A stretch of 64,000 bases of DNA from Spironucleus salmonicida. Lineage: Eukaryota. Below the pieces are notes generated by a model. It worked only from the letters and a program-made list of their open reading frames with translations, was not told where the DNA came from and did no database searches. Numbering within the stretch: position 1 is the stretch's first letter; every line of letters starts with the position of its first letter. The stretch spans positions 392,651-456,650 of the forward strand of contig NC_090604.1 in NCBI RefSeq assembly GCF_000497125.1, given 5' to 3'. Below, piece by piece: positions 1 to 12,501 of the stretch. The translations under genes and the position numbers were made by a program.

Positions 1-428
1 AGAAATCATTGGATAATTGTAGCATATTAGTTTGTAGAAATTATGATAGCAAGTCGCATAGATTTATGTTATATATTATATATCTCATGATTTTTCAGAT
101 ACTGTTAGTACATTTTGAAAACAAATTGTATTTAGGATAATTTAGATTTTTGTGGCATAATATTATTAAATTATTCACATGACAATTCACAGTAAAATAA
201 CCAAAGTTTGAATTTATATGTTAAAATTAGTTAAAAAGTAATTAATTTTATGATATTAATCATAATACTAAATTGAATCTTATCTCTAAGCATAAAATTT
301 AAATATACGATTGAATTTTTAATTTTTATAAGAATCAAGTATTTATAATGATATCAAATAATACATTTTCGTACATACAAATTTTAAGTATATAAGAAAA
401 TTACCATAAAATAGTCTAATCAAAACTC

Positions 429-689
429 TCATTAACCTTTGTCAATACATCCAAATAGATCGTTAACATCTTTCATCATCTCTTTCTTTTTTAATTCCTC
501 TTTTTCTTACTCAGCTTTTGGGTCAAATTTCTTATGCATATCATGTTTGTACCATTTGTTTCTTAGAGCTTCCTCAGGGATATGTTTAAGTACCTTTTTA
601 TGAATTTTTTGCCAGTCCCCTTCATATGCCGCGAATGCTTTTTTTAGTTGGTCAAACTCTTCAGATGTCCAATTATGTTTTCTTTTCAT
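429..689 (-). CDS. Myb/SANT-like DNA-binding protein (86 aa)
   Basis: WTSEEFDQLKKAFAAYEGDWQKI...LRNKW Myb repeat; reads through TAA (Gln) to TGA at 429-431. Confidence 0.85.
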
Positions 690-1027
690 TTTAAAATGGA
701 AGTTTTCGGAGAAAATTAGTATATACTACTAAAATTTATATAGACTAAAAAAATCTGACGAGTATTTACTTTATATTTATATTCATTATTTTGTATATTA
801 TTGTAAGGTTTCGAAATAGGTTCAATGAATTAAAAAAATATTACGTTAATTTGATCAAAATTAGTATAAATATGATATTATTAAAATTTAGTTTACATAC
901 TACAGTAACAATTTTATTGATATAATAATTTATAAAGATCTCTAATATTTTTAATAAATCGTAAAATTATAAATACAGGATAATAATATATTCTTAAACA
1001 TCGATTATATTAAAAATCAAATAATTA

Positions 1028-1552
1028 ATGCCTAATATGAATAAAATTTGGATGATCTGCAATATGATTATGGCATTATTTTTACTAGTATCTTCTTTAA
1101 TATCATTTTCGAATTATGCACCTACTGTTTTTAAAGCATTATTTTTTATAGCACTAGAAATCATTATTATACTGATTCCATTCATCCGCATTTTTGATCC
1201 ATATTTTTAGTTTTTAACGTTTTAGGTAACATCTCCAATATTAATATGCATTATTGCATGCTTTTATATAGATTCCTTAAGTCAGTTTTGTGGAAATGGA
1301 TGGTAAACATGCTATGGAAGTATAACTGGATATGCAATAATAATTATTTGCATAGTTGAAATAATAATGAGAAGGGATGAAGTTAATGATGTCCTTAATT
1401 AAACTGGTATGAGAACATCAAAGTCTGAACCACAAGTTTAAACAATAGACCCTGAAGTTGGTGGATTAGAACTTTCTTAATAGTAGGAATAAGAATCAGT
1501 GGAAGAAGTATAGGAGTAGAAAATAGAGCCAGGTCAGTTTGTGGAATTCTGA
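1028..1552 (+). CDS. Hypothetical multi-pass membrane protein (174 aa)
   Basis: Open in code 6 to TGA 1550-1552; several hydrophobic segments followed by a Glu/Gln-rich tail. Confidence 0.65.
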
Positions 1553-1650
1553 TCATAATTAGTAATGATATTATTACGTATTAAAAAACATTTTTAAGTC
1601 ATATAATTATTTATAGAATAAAATATTAAGGTATAGTACGGAAATTTAAA

Positions 1651-2241
1651 ATGTCGACAGAGATTTAACCTATCGAGGATGACTGCAATCAGGTAATATA
1701 AAATAATGGAGCGACAGTAGAATTTACTCCATAAAGTTAAGCAGATGAATAAAATATTATAGAAGCTGAAGAGTAATAGGAAAATTAAATAGAAGAAATT
1801 CCAAATTAGCATATTAATAGCTTAGTAACTCCAATAGAAATAATTACGGACTAGTTATAAAATTAGCAAACGTCTTCTTTAGAAAGAGTGCAAAACGTTT
1901 TCGAAGGTGCAGAAGATGATATCGGTCTTAACAACACGAAACCGATTGCCCCAGAGCAGGAATCTTCCGACTCGTCACAGAGACCAAATACACATCGCAA
2001 ATCTATTGCACCTATTCACTTTAACAAATAGTAGAAATCAAATTACAACTTCAAGCTTACAACAAACCAGCCAAAAAATGATATTATATTTGATTTTTAG
2101 GGAGAAGTATTTGAAAAAGAATAAAAAGAAGAGTCTTATAGGCCAAATGTAATCCCATCTGGATATGGGTATGGTTAAAAGGCGTATAATAAGAAAAAAT
2201 CTTTTCTAGGAGGCTTGCCTAAACCATTGCAAAAATAGTGA
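1651..2241 (+). CDS. Hypothetical low-complexity protein (196 aa)
   Basis: AAA-ATG start, open in code 6, ends TAG-TGA (AGTGA). Confidence 0.65.
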
Positions 2242-2310
2242 ATCGCCCGCAATTTTAATAATGTTATTATATATTTAAAACTGTTTTATTTTAACTCCAC
2301 ACTTCACCAA

Positions 2311-2955
2311 ATGCGCGCAATGAATCCTGCACCTCCTGAAAAAGCTCCTAAGAACCCTAACTCTCCATTCTGCCTTCGCCAAATGCCACCTACAGAATTC
2401 CGTATGTACTATAACAGAGGAGATATTCCATGCTCGATAGTGCATTCTGCTGTTAGCTAAACTTTGAATTGGAGAACTGATAAGTCTTCATTAGACTTAC
2501 ATCACTATCTTCCTTTGTTTTTCGAAGGATTGAGAGAGACACAGCATCCTTTTTCGTTTATTGCAGAGGTCGGTGTTAGAGATTTATTGGAGGAAGCTGG
2601 TTAAAGAGTTGTTCCAGTTATCCCTTAACTTATTCTTCCAATCAAAAAAGCTTTAGAAACTCGTGATGAAGGTATTATTTGTAAAACATTGAGATCGGTG
2701 GTCTTGTTATTGAATGCTGACTAATTGGTTGGACCTGCTTTGGTGCCATATTTTAGATAGATCTTACCTGTTTTGAATGTTTTCTATTCAAAGAATGTCA
2801 ACATCGGAGATAAAGTTTACTATGGCTAAAAGAAAGTGTTAAATATTGGTGATCTGATTCATGACGTATTAGAGATGATGGAAATGAAGGGTGGCCCAGA
2901 TGCCCTGATTAATATTCGTTACATGGTACCATGTTATTAAAGTTGTATGCAGTGA
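2311..2955 (+). CDS. PACRG: Parkin co-regulated gene protein (axonemal inner junction)
   Basis: [57 protein letters not shown] and [19 protein letters not shown]; conserved Gln positions are encoded by TAA/TAG. Confidence 0.96.
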
Positions 2956-3470
2956 AAGTATTCTTACCAATAACTCATTTTAACTAATTCTGCATATTAT
3001 GAATAATATATATGATAATACATTTTCAATCTGGAAAATGTCCCTGATTAGGTCATTTGCACTGGACCGCTCGCAATGTTTTATTTAGCAAAACTTTGAG
3101 CAATACTACTCTAAATCTTCCAGAACGAATCAAAGACTAAAGCAAAAGCATGTGCGTACATATTGGGGCCACGACGGTTTCGAGATTTTTGATGAAAACA
3201 AATAACCAATTATTGAATGAATTTGAACAATTTATTTTCAGAATTATCGTAAATTTTTAACTTTATTAAACATATCGTTCTATTCTAGTTATTGTACTAT
3301 ATATCCATATTCACTGTAGAGGTTTTTTAGCTACACCACAAGATAAATTGCCACGTTTACACACTTATTCTACAATATAATCATCAAATCACACCGCCGT
3401 CGTATTCTAAAAAATAAAACTAACTATTAACCTACGAAACAGATTTACCCAAAAAATCATAGCCAGTAAA

Positions 3471-3686
3471 ATGATCCAGTCCAAGCTCCGTGCGTCCTTC
3501 ACGTACACCGAAGAGGGCGAGACATCGCTGGAGCTGCTTCAACAGATCGAAAAGGTGACCGTCTGCGTGCACCAGCTCCTCGTGAGGCTCGATGGGGTGG
3601 CGGCTCAGATGCTCAGAAACGACGCCAGCGCCGCGCTGGTCGAGCAGAATTTTCGGGTGCTCAAAAGAGCGCTCAGACGGCAGTGA
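3471..3686 (+). CDS. Small hypothetical helical protein (71 aa)
   Basis: AAA-ATG start, GC-rich coding-like sequence, ends CAG-TGA. Confidence 0.6.
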   Translation: MIQSKLRASFTYTEEGETSLELLQQIEKVTVCVHQLLVRLDGVAAQMLRNDASAALVEQNFRVLKRALRRQ

Positions 3687-3696
3687 TAGACTTAGT

Positions 3697-4332
3697 TCAC
3701 AGATCGAATTCCTGGCCTACGCTCACGCGCAGTTCCTGCTCAAATTTTGGCGCGCCAACCGCGGCGCCAGCCTGCACCTCCAAGCCTTGACCCAGCTCTA
3801 GCTCGTCTAGCGCGTCAGTCGGGACCGCAGTACGTGGTATAATTGCCTTCACGCGTCTCTTCGCAGGTCTGTCCGCAGGCAGTACGACGCTCTTCAGCGC
3901 ATGAACTGTCGGGAGCGCTGCACGGGGTCGCTAGACGAAAATCTGTCCCACGTCCTCAAAGGAGAAAACTTCAACCCCAGCTAGATCGATGCGAACGACG
4001 GATGCCGTTTTTGTGAGGGTCTCATCGAGTTCTGGCTCGAGGACGGCCAGCTCCGGGAGCCGCTAGAGCGACTTCTGGATCGAGCCTAGAATAACCATTG
4101 CGGGGTGCGCAGGAACCGGTAGATCTGCTGGGGCCGTTTCGGTGTGTGTGGGATGGTTTGCAGAATCTTGCGGTAGGGTTCGCTCGGTCTCGGTGGACTC
4201 CTCGAATTCGAGTTTTGGGAGCTCTTCGTTGCATAGATTTTGTATATTTGGAGATATGGAGTGTAGGGTGGATATCTCTTCGTTTTTCAGCTGCTGGTTC
4301 ACGGTTTGTTTGGAGGAGCAAGCCATGCCCAT
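3697..4332 (-). CDS. Hypothetical protein with MGMACSS N-terminus (possible acylation), 211 aa
   Basis: Open in code 6 from ATG 4332 to TGA 3697-3699. Confidence 0.65.
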
Positions 4333-4389
4333 TAGATAAAAATGAATATTGGGTGTATATTAATATAGTAAATGGAAAATACTAAAAAG

Positions 4390-4461
4390 AGCTCCTACCC
4401 AGATTCGAACTGGGGTCAAAAGATCTAGAGTCTACTGTGCTAACCGCTACACCATAGGAGC
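4390..4461 (-). tRNA. tRNA-Gln(CUA), decodes TAG
   Basis: Cloverleaf with GCTCCTA/TAGGAGC acceptor stem, D-arm TGGTGTAGCGGTTAGCAC, anticodon loop CT-CTA-GA and T-arm CCCAG-TTCGAAT-CTGGG; closely similar to the tRNA-Gln(CUG) genes in this window. Confidence 0.92.
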
Positions 4462-4625
4462 TGTATATTTATAATAATTATATATTATTAATGATAAAGT
4501 AATACCAAACCAGCGAAAACACAAAATATTTATGCTAAATTAGAACTTCACCAGAGTTAAGGGGTTACTAAACTTATGGATCAACTCTAACAATCTTTTA
4601 AATTAAAATCAAAAAATCATTAGTA

Positions 4626-4907
4626 TCACTACTTGGCGGCAACCTTCTGAGGGTTGACCCAGAACTTGAGAGAGGAGTGGGTATAAGCGAGCTGGATGGT
4701 ATTCTTCTCAACGAGGTGCTGGATGGCCTTTCTGGCAAGAGAGGCTCCAATCTTACATCTATCACAAACGCTAGTGAGTGTAACGATCTTCATGCTGGAG
4801 ATGATGACGAGGGCTGCTTCTAAAGCGGCCTGATCAGCAAAAACGGTATCCTGATAGATTTTATCTTTCTTGTTAGACTTTGTCCACTGCTTCTTGTTCT
4901 GTGACAT
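4626..4907 (-). CDS. RPS25: 40S ribosomal protein S25
   Basis: KKQWTK, KIVTLTSVCDRCKIGASLARKAIQHL; ends TAG-TGA. Confidence 0.92.
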
Positions 4908-4911
4908 TGCG

Positions 4912-4922
4912 ACGGAGTGGAA
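4912..4922 (-). promoter_or_regulatory. C-rich CCACTCC upstream motif (example at RPS25)
   Basis: The same motif lies shortly before the ATG of RPLP1, RPL32, RPL36A, CDK, the 8836 gene and the UBL gene. Confidence 0.75.
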
Positions 4923-5130
4923 ATATAAAACAGAATTTAGAACAAAAATTATAGTATTATATAAAAATTAACGCAAAAATTTGAAGTAAAGTTTTTAATT
5001 CAGTATGCTATATGAGATATAATAATACAAATAATTTTAATTATGTAACCTAAAAATAAATAACTTTTATAACTATATGATAATGAATTATTATCTCAAC
5101 CTCCATTTTCCGCATTTCCCTTTCACAACA

Positions 5131-5952
5131 ATGCATAGAGTCCACACATAAAACCCTCCAAACAAGCATTCAGTAGCACTTTAACGCGATATAAACGACC
5201 TCAGACTTGCCTAACGTATTAACCGTGCTAAAGCAGATGTAGACAACGGCCCACCACCCCCACTTCCTCATTTGGACGCTCGTGGAAAACAGCGCCAAGT
5301 AGAAAAAGAGCGCTAAGAGGATATTGAACGTAATAATAGAACTCTATTGACTAGGATTGAGCACCACTTCACATCTGGGAAAAGTATTGATTGCCACCTC
5401 GTACAATACGGTCCAAGATCTTTAAATCGTATTTCAAGAGAAAGCGAACTTCGTAAAATTACATAAGAAAATAGACGTCTCCATAATGCTATTATTAATT
5501 AAAAGCCGGTACTTGTGGCTGCAAAATTAGAAGCCGAATTTCAAAAGAACCAGAAGGCATTCGAACACTTGTGTCAGAATAAAATAGTTATCAATAAAAA
5601 TGATAGAAGAAAAGAGTGCGAATGCGGAGATCAGGATGAGGAAGTTAAGTACTAAGGTTAAATTGAAGAGGAAATACGATAAAAACTGGAGCAATAGGCA
5701 GAGGAGAGAAAGGAGAAAGAAAAGGAACTGAAGTAAAGTTAAGGACAAAAAGAGACAATACAAGAAAGCTAAAAGGAAGATGTTTCAGAAACCTAAAAAC
5801 TTAAAGAAGATATCCCAGTCAATAAAGAAAATGCTTTACCGGTTGATGAAGAATAAAAAATGCCCGAACCATTTGAATATGTCGACGATGCTGATATTTG
5901 CTTAGAAAAGGATGATGGCTTTACTGGCAACAACATATATTTGACATAGTGA
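5131..5952 (+). CDS. CFAP97/KIAA1430 (hemingway)-family flagellar protein with acidic tail (273 aa)
   Basis: VDNGPPPPLPHL...KQRQVEKERQEDIERNNRTLLTRI...RSLNRISRESELRKITQENRRL matches the CFAP97 domain pattern. Confidence 0.75.
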
Positions 5953-6079
5953 AAGGGAACTTTTATATGAATATATCATACGCATAAATATATGTGATTC
6001 ATACGAATGTTGCAGTTACTAAATTATTAGAGTTAATTTAAATGATATATTATTGATTACATAATTAAATATTTTCTAA

Positions 6080-6397
6080 ATGCCTAAAACGGCAAAATAA
6101 TGCTGGTTGCCAAATGAAATACAGCTGCTCAAGCAAGGCATAACCCAATATAAAATAAACTTTAACGCAATTTAGTAAAACCTACTGCCTGAAAAAACTG
6201 TTTAGTAAATTAGAAACAAAATATATCAAATCGATTCTGGTGAAACTGACCTTAACAGGTCTTTCTCACCTATTTCTCAACCGAATTCAACGCCTACAGC
6301 CTTTCCACCAATGCAGGTTCCTGAGCGGCTGTTTCTTCTTAAATAACATCAGGGTTACCATCCTGCATGGTCGAGGATATTTAGCTAAAAATAATGA
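6080..6397 (+). CDS. Myb-like DNA-binding protein (105 aa)
   Basis: WLPNEIQLLKQGITQYKINFNAIQQNLLPEKTVQQIRNK. Confidence 0.8.
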
Positions 6398-6412
6398 GTG
6401 AAAGTTAATTAA

Positions 6413-6733
6413 TCAGTCGGATTCGTCCTCAGAGCTAGAATCGTCCATATTGAAACCACCAACCATCTCTTCTTCTTCAGTTTTTTCCTTCTCGACAGCC
6501 TGAGCGGTAACGCCGGCAGCACCAGCAGCGGGTGCAGCAGCACCAGAACCGATGGAGGTGAGGAGGTCATTGATGTCTTTGCCCTGGAGGTACTGAGCAA
6601 AGAGGATGGGCCACTGAGCGGGTACGGTGACACCGGCAGCGGAAACAATCTTAGTAATGTTTTCAACGGTAACTTCCATGTTGGCATCAGCAAGGATGAT
6701 TGAAGCAAGTACGCAAGCAGTTTCGGCAGACAT
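6413..6733 (-). CDS. RPLP1: 60S acidic ribosomal protein P1
   Basis: ETACVLASIIL, WPILFA, Ala-rich hinge and acidic tail EEEEMVGGF. Confidence 0.93.
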   Translation of the reverse strand: MSAETACVLASIILADANMEVTVENITKIVSAAGVTVPAQWPILFAQYLQGKDINDLLTSIGSGAAAPAAGAAGVTAQAVEKEKTEEEEMVGGFNMDDSSSEDESD

Positions 6734-7195
6734 GACAGAGGAGTGGAATTAATATTAAGAAATGACTGGATAAATGAGGTATAATATATAAAATTAACTA
6801 TATTTATCCTAATATTAAATTTGATATATTACTATATAATAATAAAATATTGTTTTTAAGGGTAGTGTAATTGGTTAAACTTAGATTGTTTTGTTGCTAG
6901 ATTAATTTAGAGACACAATTTTTGAAACTAAGGTTTAGAGAACTATTAAAAATAGGATGCTACTAAATAATGTAAGCTAACGGTTTATTGTTTCTTTGAA
7001 TAGAAACTTTTCATACACTTATTTATTATTTAGTTCAAATACTAACGTATATTGAGTATTTAAGCAAAATAAATCCAGAGCTCAATCTGTATTTAGTATT
7101 ATTTTAAAGGATAATTTAGTAGTAATAAAAATTGAAAAGAGAAAATATAATTACTAATAATATTAAATTTATAAAATAAAAGACTGGTATTCAAA

Positions 7196-7546
7196 ATGGA
7201 CTTTCTGTCAGATTCTCTTCCAATGTTTCCTCTGTTCAACGAAGATCATGAGGACATGAAATTGCAGGAGAATAGTATATTGCTATCCATACCTGCAGAT
7301 AATAATCTCCTAAAACTGAATTTTAATGAATTACATAATTCAAACAAGTCTGATCATTCAAATATTGATATTATCAGTAATTCTCACGTATTATAACTGC
7401 CAGTTTTTGATATTGTCACACTGCCCAAGGTTATTAAATTTAATACTATAGAAAATAATTTAACTCCTTTAAATAACAGCAGTATTACTAGGAGATAAAT
7501 GAAATATGATAAAGATGACATTGATATGTTTGCTATTAATTTTTGA
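7196..7546 (+). CDS. Hypothetical protein (116 aa)
   Basis: AAA-ATG start; open in code 6 to TGA 7544-7546. Confidence 0.5.
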
Positions 7547-7586
7547 AAGTGTGTAAGTGATGAATACTAATTTTTCTCGATTAATC

Positions 7587-7982
7587 TCACTGAGCTTCAG
7601 TAGTGGTTTTAGCCTTACCGTTCATGATGTGAATACCCATCTCCTGGCACTTTTAAACGAGTACCTGGCGCTTCTTAGCACCAACGGTGGAAGCAAAAAC
7701 GGCAGCGCAGATGTTATTGTTCATTCTCAAAGATTCGAGATCACGCATAGAGCAGACGCGAACTGGATAATAACCATTAGAGAGCATAAAACGGGTGGCC
7801 TTGTCAGAACCATAACCAATGGAAACCATGGGTCTGTTACCGAGCATCTGACGACGCATAACTGAATCAAGACCTCTAGGCTTTCTCCATGAAGCACCTA
7901 CGCGCTTGAACTGATCAGACTGGAAACGGCCAAACTTATTAGTTTTCTTGTGGACAATTGTCTTATGTTAGAGAGCAGGCAT
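7587..7982 (-). CDS. RPL32: 60S ribosomal protein L32
   Basis: KFGRFQSDQFKRVGASWRKPRGLDSVMRR...MVSIGYGS. Confidence 0.96.
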
Positions 7983-8140
7983 ACCGACGTTGGAGTGGAA
8001 AGGGGAAACAAAATTGAAATATAAATAACTTATCATTATTATATATATCATTAGCTTAATACAATATTTCACTCTGGAAGAAAAATTAAAAGTTATTATT
8101 TTATTATTATTGATAACTTTTAATTCTCTTCAATTTTATT

Positions 8141-8527
8141 ATGAAAGTGACGTTCCTGGAAGATCCGCTGGCAAAGGAAGCTAGCCGCGATTCTGCCTTG
8201 ATTTAATCACCCAACAGATATGATAAATCTCCCTAGGCACTGAAAAACGAGATTACCCCAAAACTGCAGTTAAACTATCAATGCGACACAATAATGGAGT
8301 ATTCCTCTTCTGACAATTCCCTACTCGTCCAGGTGAATTTTGACTGCATTTTGGCCCAGAATTCGCTCAAATTCGAGTTGCAGGAGCTACAGCAAACGGT
8401 TAAACAGACGCAAATGCACGTGAAAATGCTGGAAACAAAGTACAAAGAGGCAAAGGCAAGCATCCGGCGGATGAACCAGCAGATCCTGTAGTGGGAGCGC
8501 GACCTCTGTGGACGCCCCATCTAGTGA
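8141..8527 (+). CDS. Hypothetical protein with C-terminal coiled coil (128 aa)
   Basis: Open in code 6; ends TAG-TGA. Confidence 0.6.
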
Positions 8528-8536
8528 ATTTCGTAA

Positions 8537-8836
8537 TCACTCATACTTCATCTGGTCGAGCTGCTTGAAGAAGTCGTCCCCTGGGCCGCTTGTGGGCAGG
8601 AAGACGTTGTATATCGGACGTCGGGTCTCTGTAAGCCGGTTGAGGTCCTGGAAAATACCTGAAAAATCGCTGTCGATGTGCCGCAGCCAGGCGGGTTTGC
8701 GGGCGTCCTGTATCGCCTGCAGCTTCAGCTCGCATGCGCGAATAGGGCGATTGAGTATCTATGCAGCAATGAGCAGGTTTAGTTTGTGCTGCTCGAGCGT
8801 CTGCAACTCTTGCGACGTCCAGAAGGTGCGCTCCAT
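8537..8836 (-). CDS. Hypothetical protein with degenerate Myb-like N-terminus (99 aa)
   Basis: MERTFWTSQELQTL...LNRPIRACELKL; CCACTCC motif just upstream; ends GAG-TGA. Confidence 0.6.
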
Positions 8837-9343
8837 GATGGGGAGTGGGAATATCTGGAATATTTAAAATGCTGGTTTGACGTAGAATGGAGATTCGTTA
8901 TAATAATAAAAATATAATAATGGTTGTAATACAAAACTGGAAGGGAGGGTTGGCAAAGAAAAGATAGGAGGATAGAAGTTAATTTGAGATAGTGTAAATA
9001 GCTGAATCGGATTGAATTGAACTAAATCTAATTATTATATGTAAATAAATATCGAAAAATATAGAAAGATTAAAGATACGAAACTGTGAGAAGCCCTAAA
9101 AGCTTGGCTTATAGTATGGGGTAGGCTGAAATATATATTTAGAGAATTATTGGTCATAGGTTAAAGTTTTCAACATAAGTTTCAGACAGGATAGCTATGT
9201 AATCATTATGAAGAAGTGAAAACTAAAATGAAAAAGAAATAAATCGTACTATTATATCCTAATAAGATAAATATTTTAGTGTTGCGAATAAAACGGGATA
9301 ATCGACTTGCTTATTATACAAAATATACTAGTTATAATACACC

Positions 9344-10021
9344 TCACTTCCCCAGCTTCCTTTCGCCAAACTTTCTAGTAATTTTTCTATCAAATTCTTT
9401 CAACAACTCAAACTTCTGGACGTCGTATTTTATTTTATATTCTTTTAGGCCTTCTTGTATATCTCTTCCATTCGCCTTTTCGTACCACTTAATCAAACCA
9501 ACTATCTCATCATCTTCTAATTAAACAAGCTTCTTGCTCATAATTTATAAAAAGACTACACTAGCATTGCAACCATCAGAAAATCCACATTATAAAGGGT
9601 TTTCCGCAATAAGTCTATACATGCTCAAATTAATTCCGTTCATGACTGGTATTTTACCGATTTAAACAACAAACTATTTTTCTGCTTCATCAGCAGCCTT
9701 TAAATAGAATCCATCATTAGAGTTTCCATTATATGCTCTGCAATTCTACCAAACTAGGATTGAGTCAGATAAGAATTCCTATATATTGGAGTATTCATTA
9801 TATACTAAACAATTACGTAATGTAGACAGATCCATAGGACGTTTCACTACGTCTAAATAGTCTGTTAACGAGAGAGCTACATAATCAACTGGGTCCGCAA
9901 AAATAGGACCATAGTTACGTATTTTTTTAGTCTAATCTATTGTTTTAATTAATGCTGTGCGGGTGTCATCTGTAATTGGGGTTAATGCTATTTAAACAGC
10001 TTGGTCATTTATTTGGAGCAT
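9344..10021 (-). CDS. Bromodomain protein (225 aa), possible ET-like C-terminus
   Basis: IFADPVDYVALSLTDYLDVVKRPMDLSTL...EFLSDSILVWQNCRAYN, retaining the acetyl-lysine-binding Tyr-Asn. Confidence 0.92.
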
Positions 10022-10342
10022 TTTAGGGGAAGGGGAAAATTTAAAGTGGAAGGGATAATTATACATTTACTTATATGTGATTAAATTAAATTTCGAGTAT
10101 TAAAAGTTAAACAAAAATATGGATAAACATTATAAAATATCATTTAAGAAGCAAGAAATTAACTAGTAAAATAGTAATTATTAATTTTATATTTTTAATA
10201 ATATATATAAAAAGATTAAAATAAATATATCATTACTATGGATAAAATAATTATAATATATTAAAAAGTATTTAAATACCACGTTGTATTTTAAATACTA
10301 TATAATAATTATAGATCTACATTAATTTCAAAATTTACCTAA

Positions 10343-10597
10343 ATGTCAGCATCAAATGGATTCTATTATTCCCGCAAATACTACGATGATATATATGAAT
10401 ACAGGCATGTGATTATGCCTGATGAAATACTGAAAAAGTTCAAAATAAACCAACTATTGTCAGAAGCTGAATGGCGTGGGCTAGGCATACAAATGTCATC
10501 AGGCTGGCAACATTATGATTTCCATAGACCAGAACCTAATATTCTTCTTTTTAGAAGACCTCACGATGGTGCTATACCTGATGAGTTTAAAGTTTGA
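10343..10597 (+). CDS. CKS1: Cyclin-dependent kinase regulatory subunit
   Basis: YSRKYYDDIYEYRHVIMP...LLSEAEWRGLGIQMSSGWQHY...HRPEPNILLFRRP. Confidence 0.97.
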   Translation: MSASNGFYYSRKYYDDIYEYRHVIMPDEILKKFKINQLLSEAEWRGLGIQMSSGWQHYDFHRPEPNILLFRRPHDGAIPDEFKV

Positions 10598-10642
10598 GCG
10601 ATATTTCTTTTTACACTAAAAACCAGATCAGTTCACTGTTTC

Positions 10643-11032
10643 TCACATATCATAAATATTTGGCATTTAATGATCTTCGCTGCTAGAACTTGCGGCAGCT
10701 GAGATTTCATCATCAGAACCAGATCCATAGCTTTCATAGGTAGTATCCTCATTTTCACTTTCATAATAGACTTCCTCCTCTTCAAATTCATAGACTTCTT
10801 CTTCACCTTCTTTTAATGCATTCTTTTTAGGTAATTCCTCCATAACTAGTCTCCAGTTAGGCTAGATTTTTGTTTAATCGCTCTATTCTACACCATCTAC
10901 AAAAAGTTTCTGTCTCGCGACACCAATTTGGAATAACTTGCCGGCGATCTTCTTTGCATTAAGAACAGTAGCCATCTCGTCAGGAAGCTCCATAGTACGG
11001 ATAACCTTGTCTTTCTTAACTTAAAACTTCAT
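10643..11032 (-). CDS. Ubiquitin-like (beta-grasp) domain protein with acidic tail (129 aa)
   Basis: MKFQVKK...TVLNAKKIAGKLFQIGVARQKLFVDG pattern typical of UBL domains; Glu/Asp/Ser-rich tail; missed by the ORF track. Confidence 0.6.
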
Positions 11033-12048
11033 TGAATGAAGTGAAAATATGGAATGGAAATTTTGGAGTGGTAAAATCCATATATCCAAATATTATATAT
11101 GGAATACCCAGTTTTTCATCATTTTCACTCCTAAAATCTACAACAGAGAGAGATAATGAGGTCAAAAATCCTTGGCCCACAAAGGAGAGAATGACTGAAA
11201 AGGTTGCTAAAAATAACTTATATGACTATATATAAATCGAATATAAAATATTAGATTTAGTTAATATTATTATATATTGATACGTAATTAAATTATGAGT
11301 TTAGTTTATTATAATATTCATGTATAATATTACTGAATTAATTGAATTAAATTTTATTAATTTAGTTATTTAAAATTAATTTGTATATGCAAATAGTATA
11401 TTGTAATGAATTATATAATATAATTATAGATTTTGTTTAATTGCATTTATAAATGAGTGTTTAAGCTATATAAGATTTCTAACTATTACTCAGAGGTTTT
11501 AATATTAGAAAGTCTCCTTAAAACTTAATTATAATGTATTTGTGTATTCTATAGATAAGTTGATCTATGTAAATGATTTTTGTGAATATTATTAGAATAA
11601 AATATGTATAGAGAATTGTTATTTAATGTGTGGTTTTCCATTATAGAAACACGAAATTAAACGGCATCGTGATTCTTAATTTACATTGTAAAATAAATTA
11701 TTTACTGTTAATATAAGTAATCCGTTGATAATATTTTGTAATCATAAAAACACAAAACTTATAAGATAAATCACTTATATAATTTTAGTAAATTTTTCTT
11801 TAAAATCATATAAAATTATAATAGGGTAATATGAATTACTATACTAATTCATCTATCCTTGGAATTTTAATAATTCAACAAAATTAAACCAATTATGCCA
11901 AATATAATTATAGAATGTTTTCCGTTAAAACTAGTTTTTATTAATTCTTAATTTGACATGAAAATAATCTTGTCTATATTTATTTTTAGTTTTTAGTGAA
12001 ATATAACTTAGTATACTACAGATATACTTAGTAGTGTAGGAAGTTAAA

Positions 12049-12267
12049 ATGGAGCTAAGTTTCTGGATAGGTGAGGATTCAGTTATTAATTGCGACTCAT
12101 TATCCCTACCATCTCTTAATACCGTAGATATATTTGATAGAACAATAATAACGGATTTATATCATTTATAGTGTCGAATAATTGAATTAGATTCTTATTG
12201 CGAATTATTATCTGAAGATATAGAAGAAACTAATGCTAAGCTAGTAAGTATATATTTTTAAATATGA
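12049..12267 (+). CDS. Small hypothetical protein (72 aa)
   Basis: AAA-ATG start, MELSFW..., amphipathic C-terminal helix; layout resembles 33228-33449. Confidence 0.45.
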
Positions 12268-12501
12268 GATCTAACTTACTTACAGACATTAATATTACGA
12301 TTATATTTGCGGTTCTCTTGATTGTGTATAATGAATTTTTTCTTCATCTTAAAAACTATGTTCTTAATCTTAACACAAATATTGTACTTTTTATATTGTA
12401 ATATTTTAAAAGAAAATTATTATTTTTAGACGAATTTTCCAATAAAATCATTATTATATATATAATTAGTGATATTTTTTAGCGCTTTCCAATTCCTAAA
12501 A

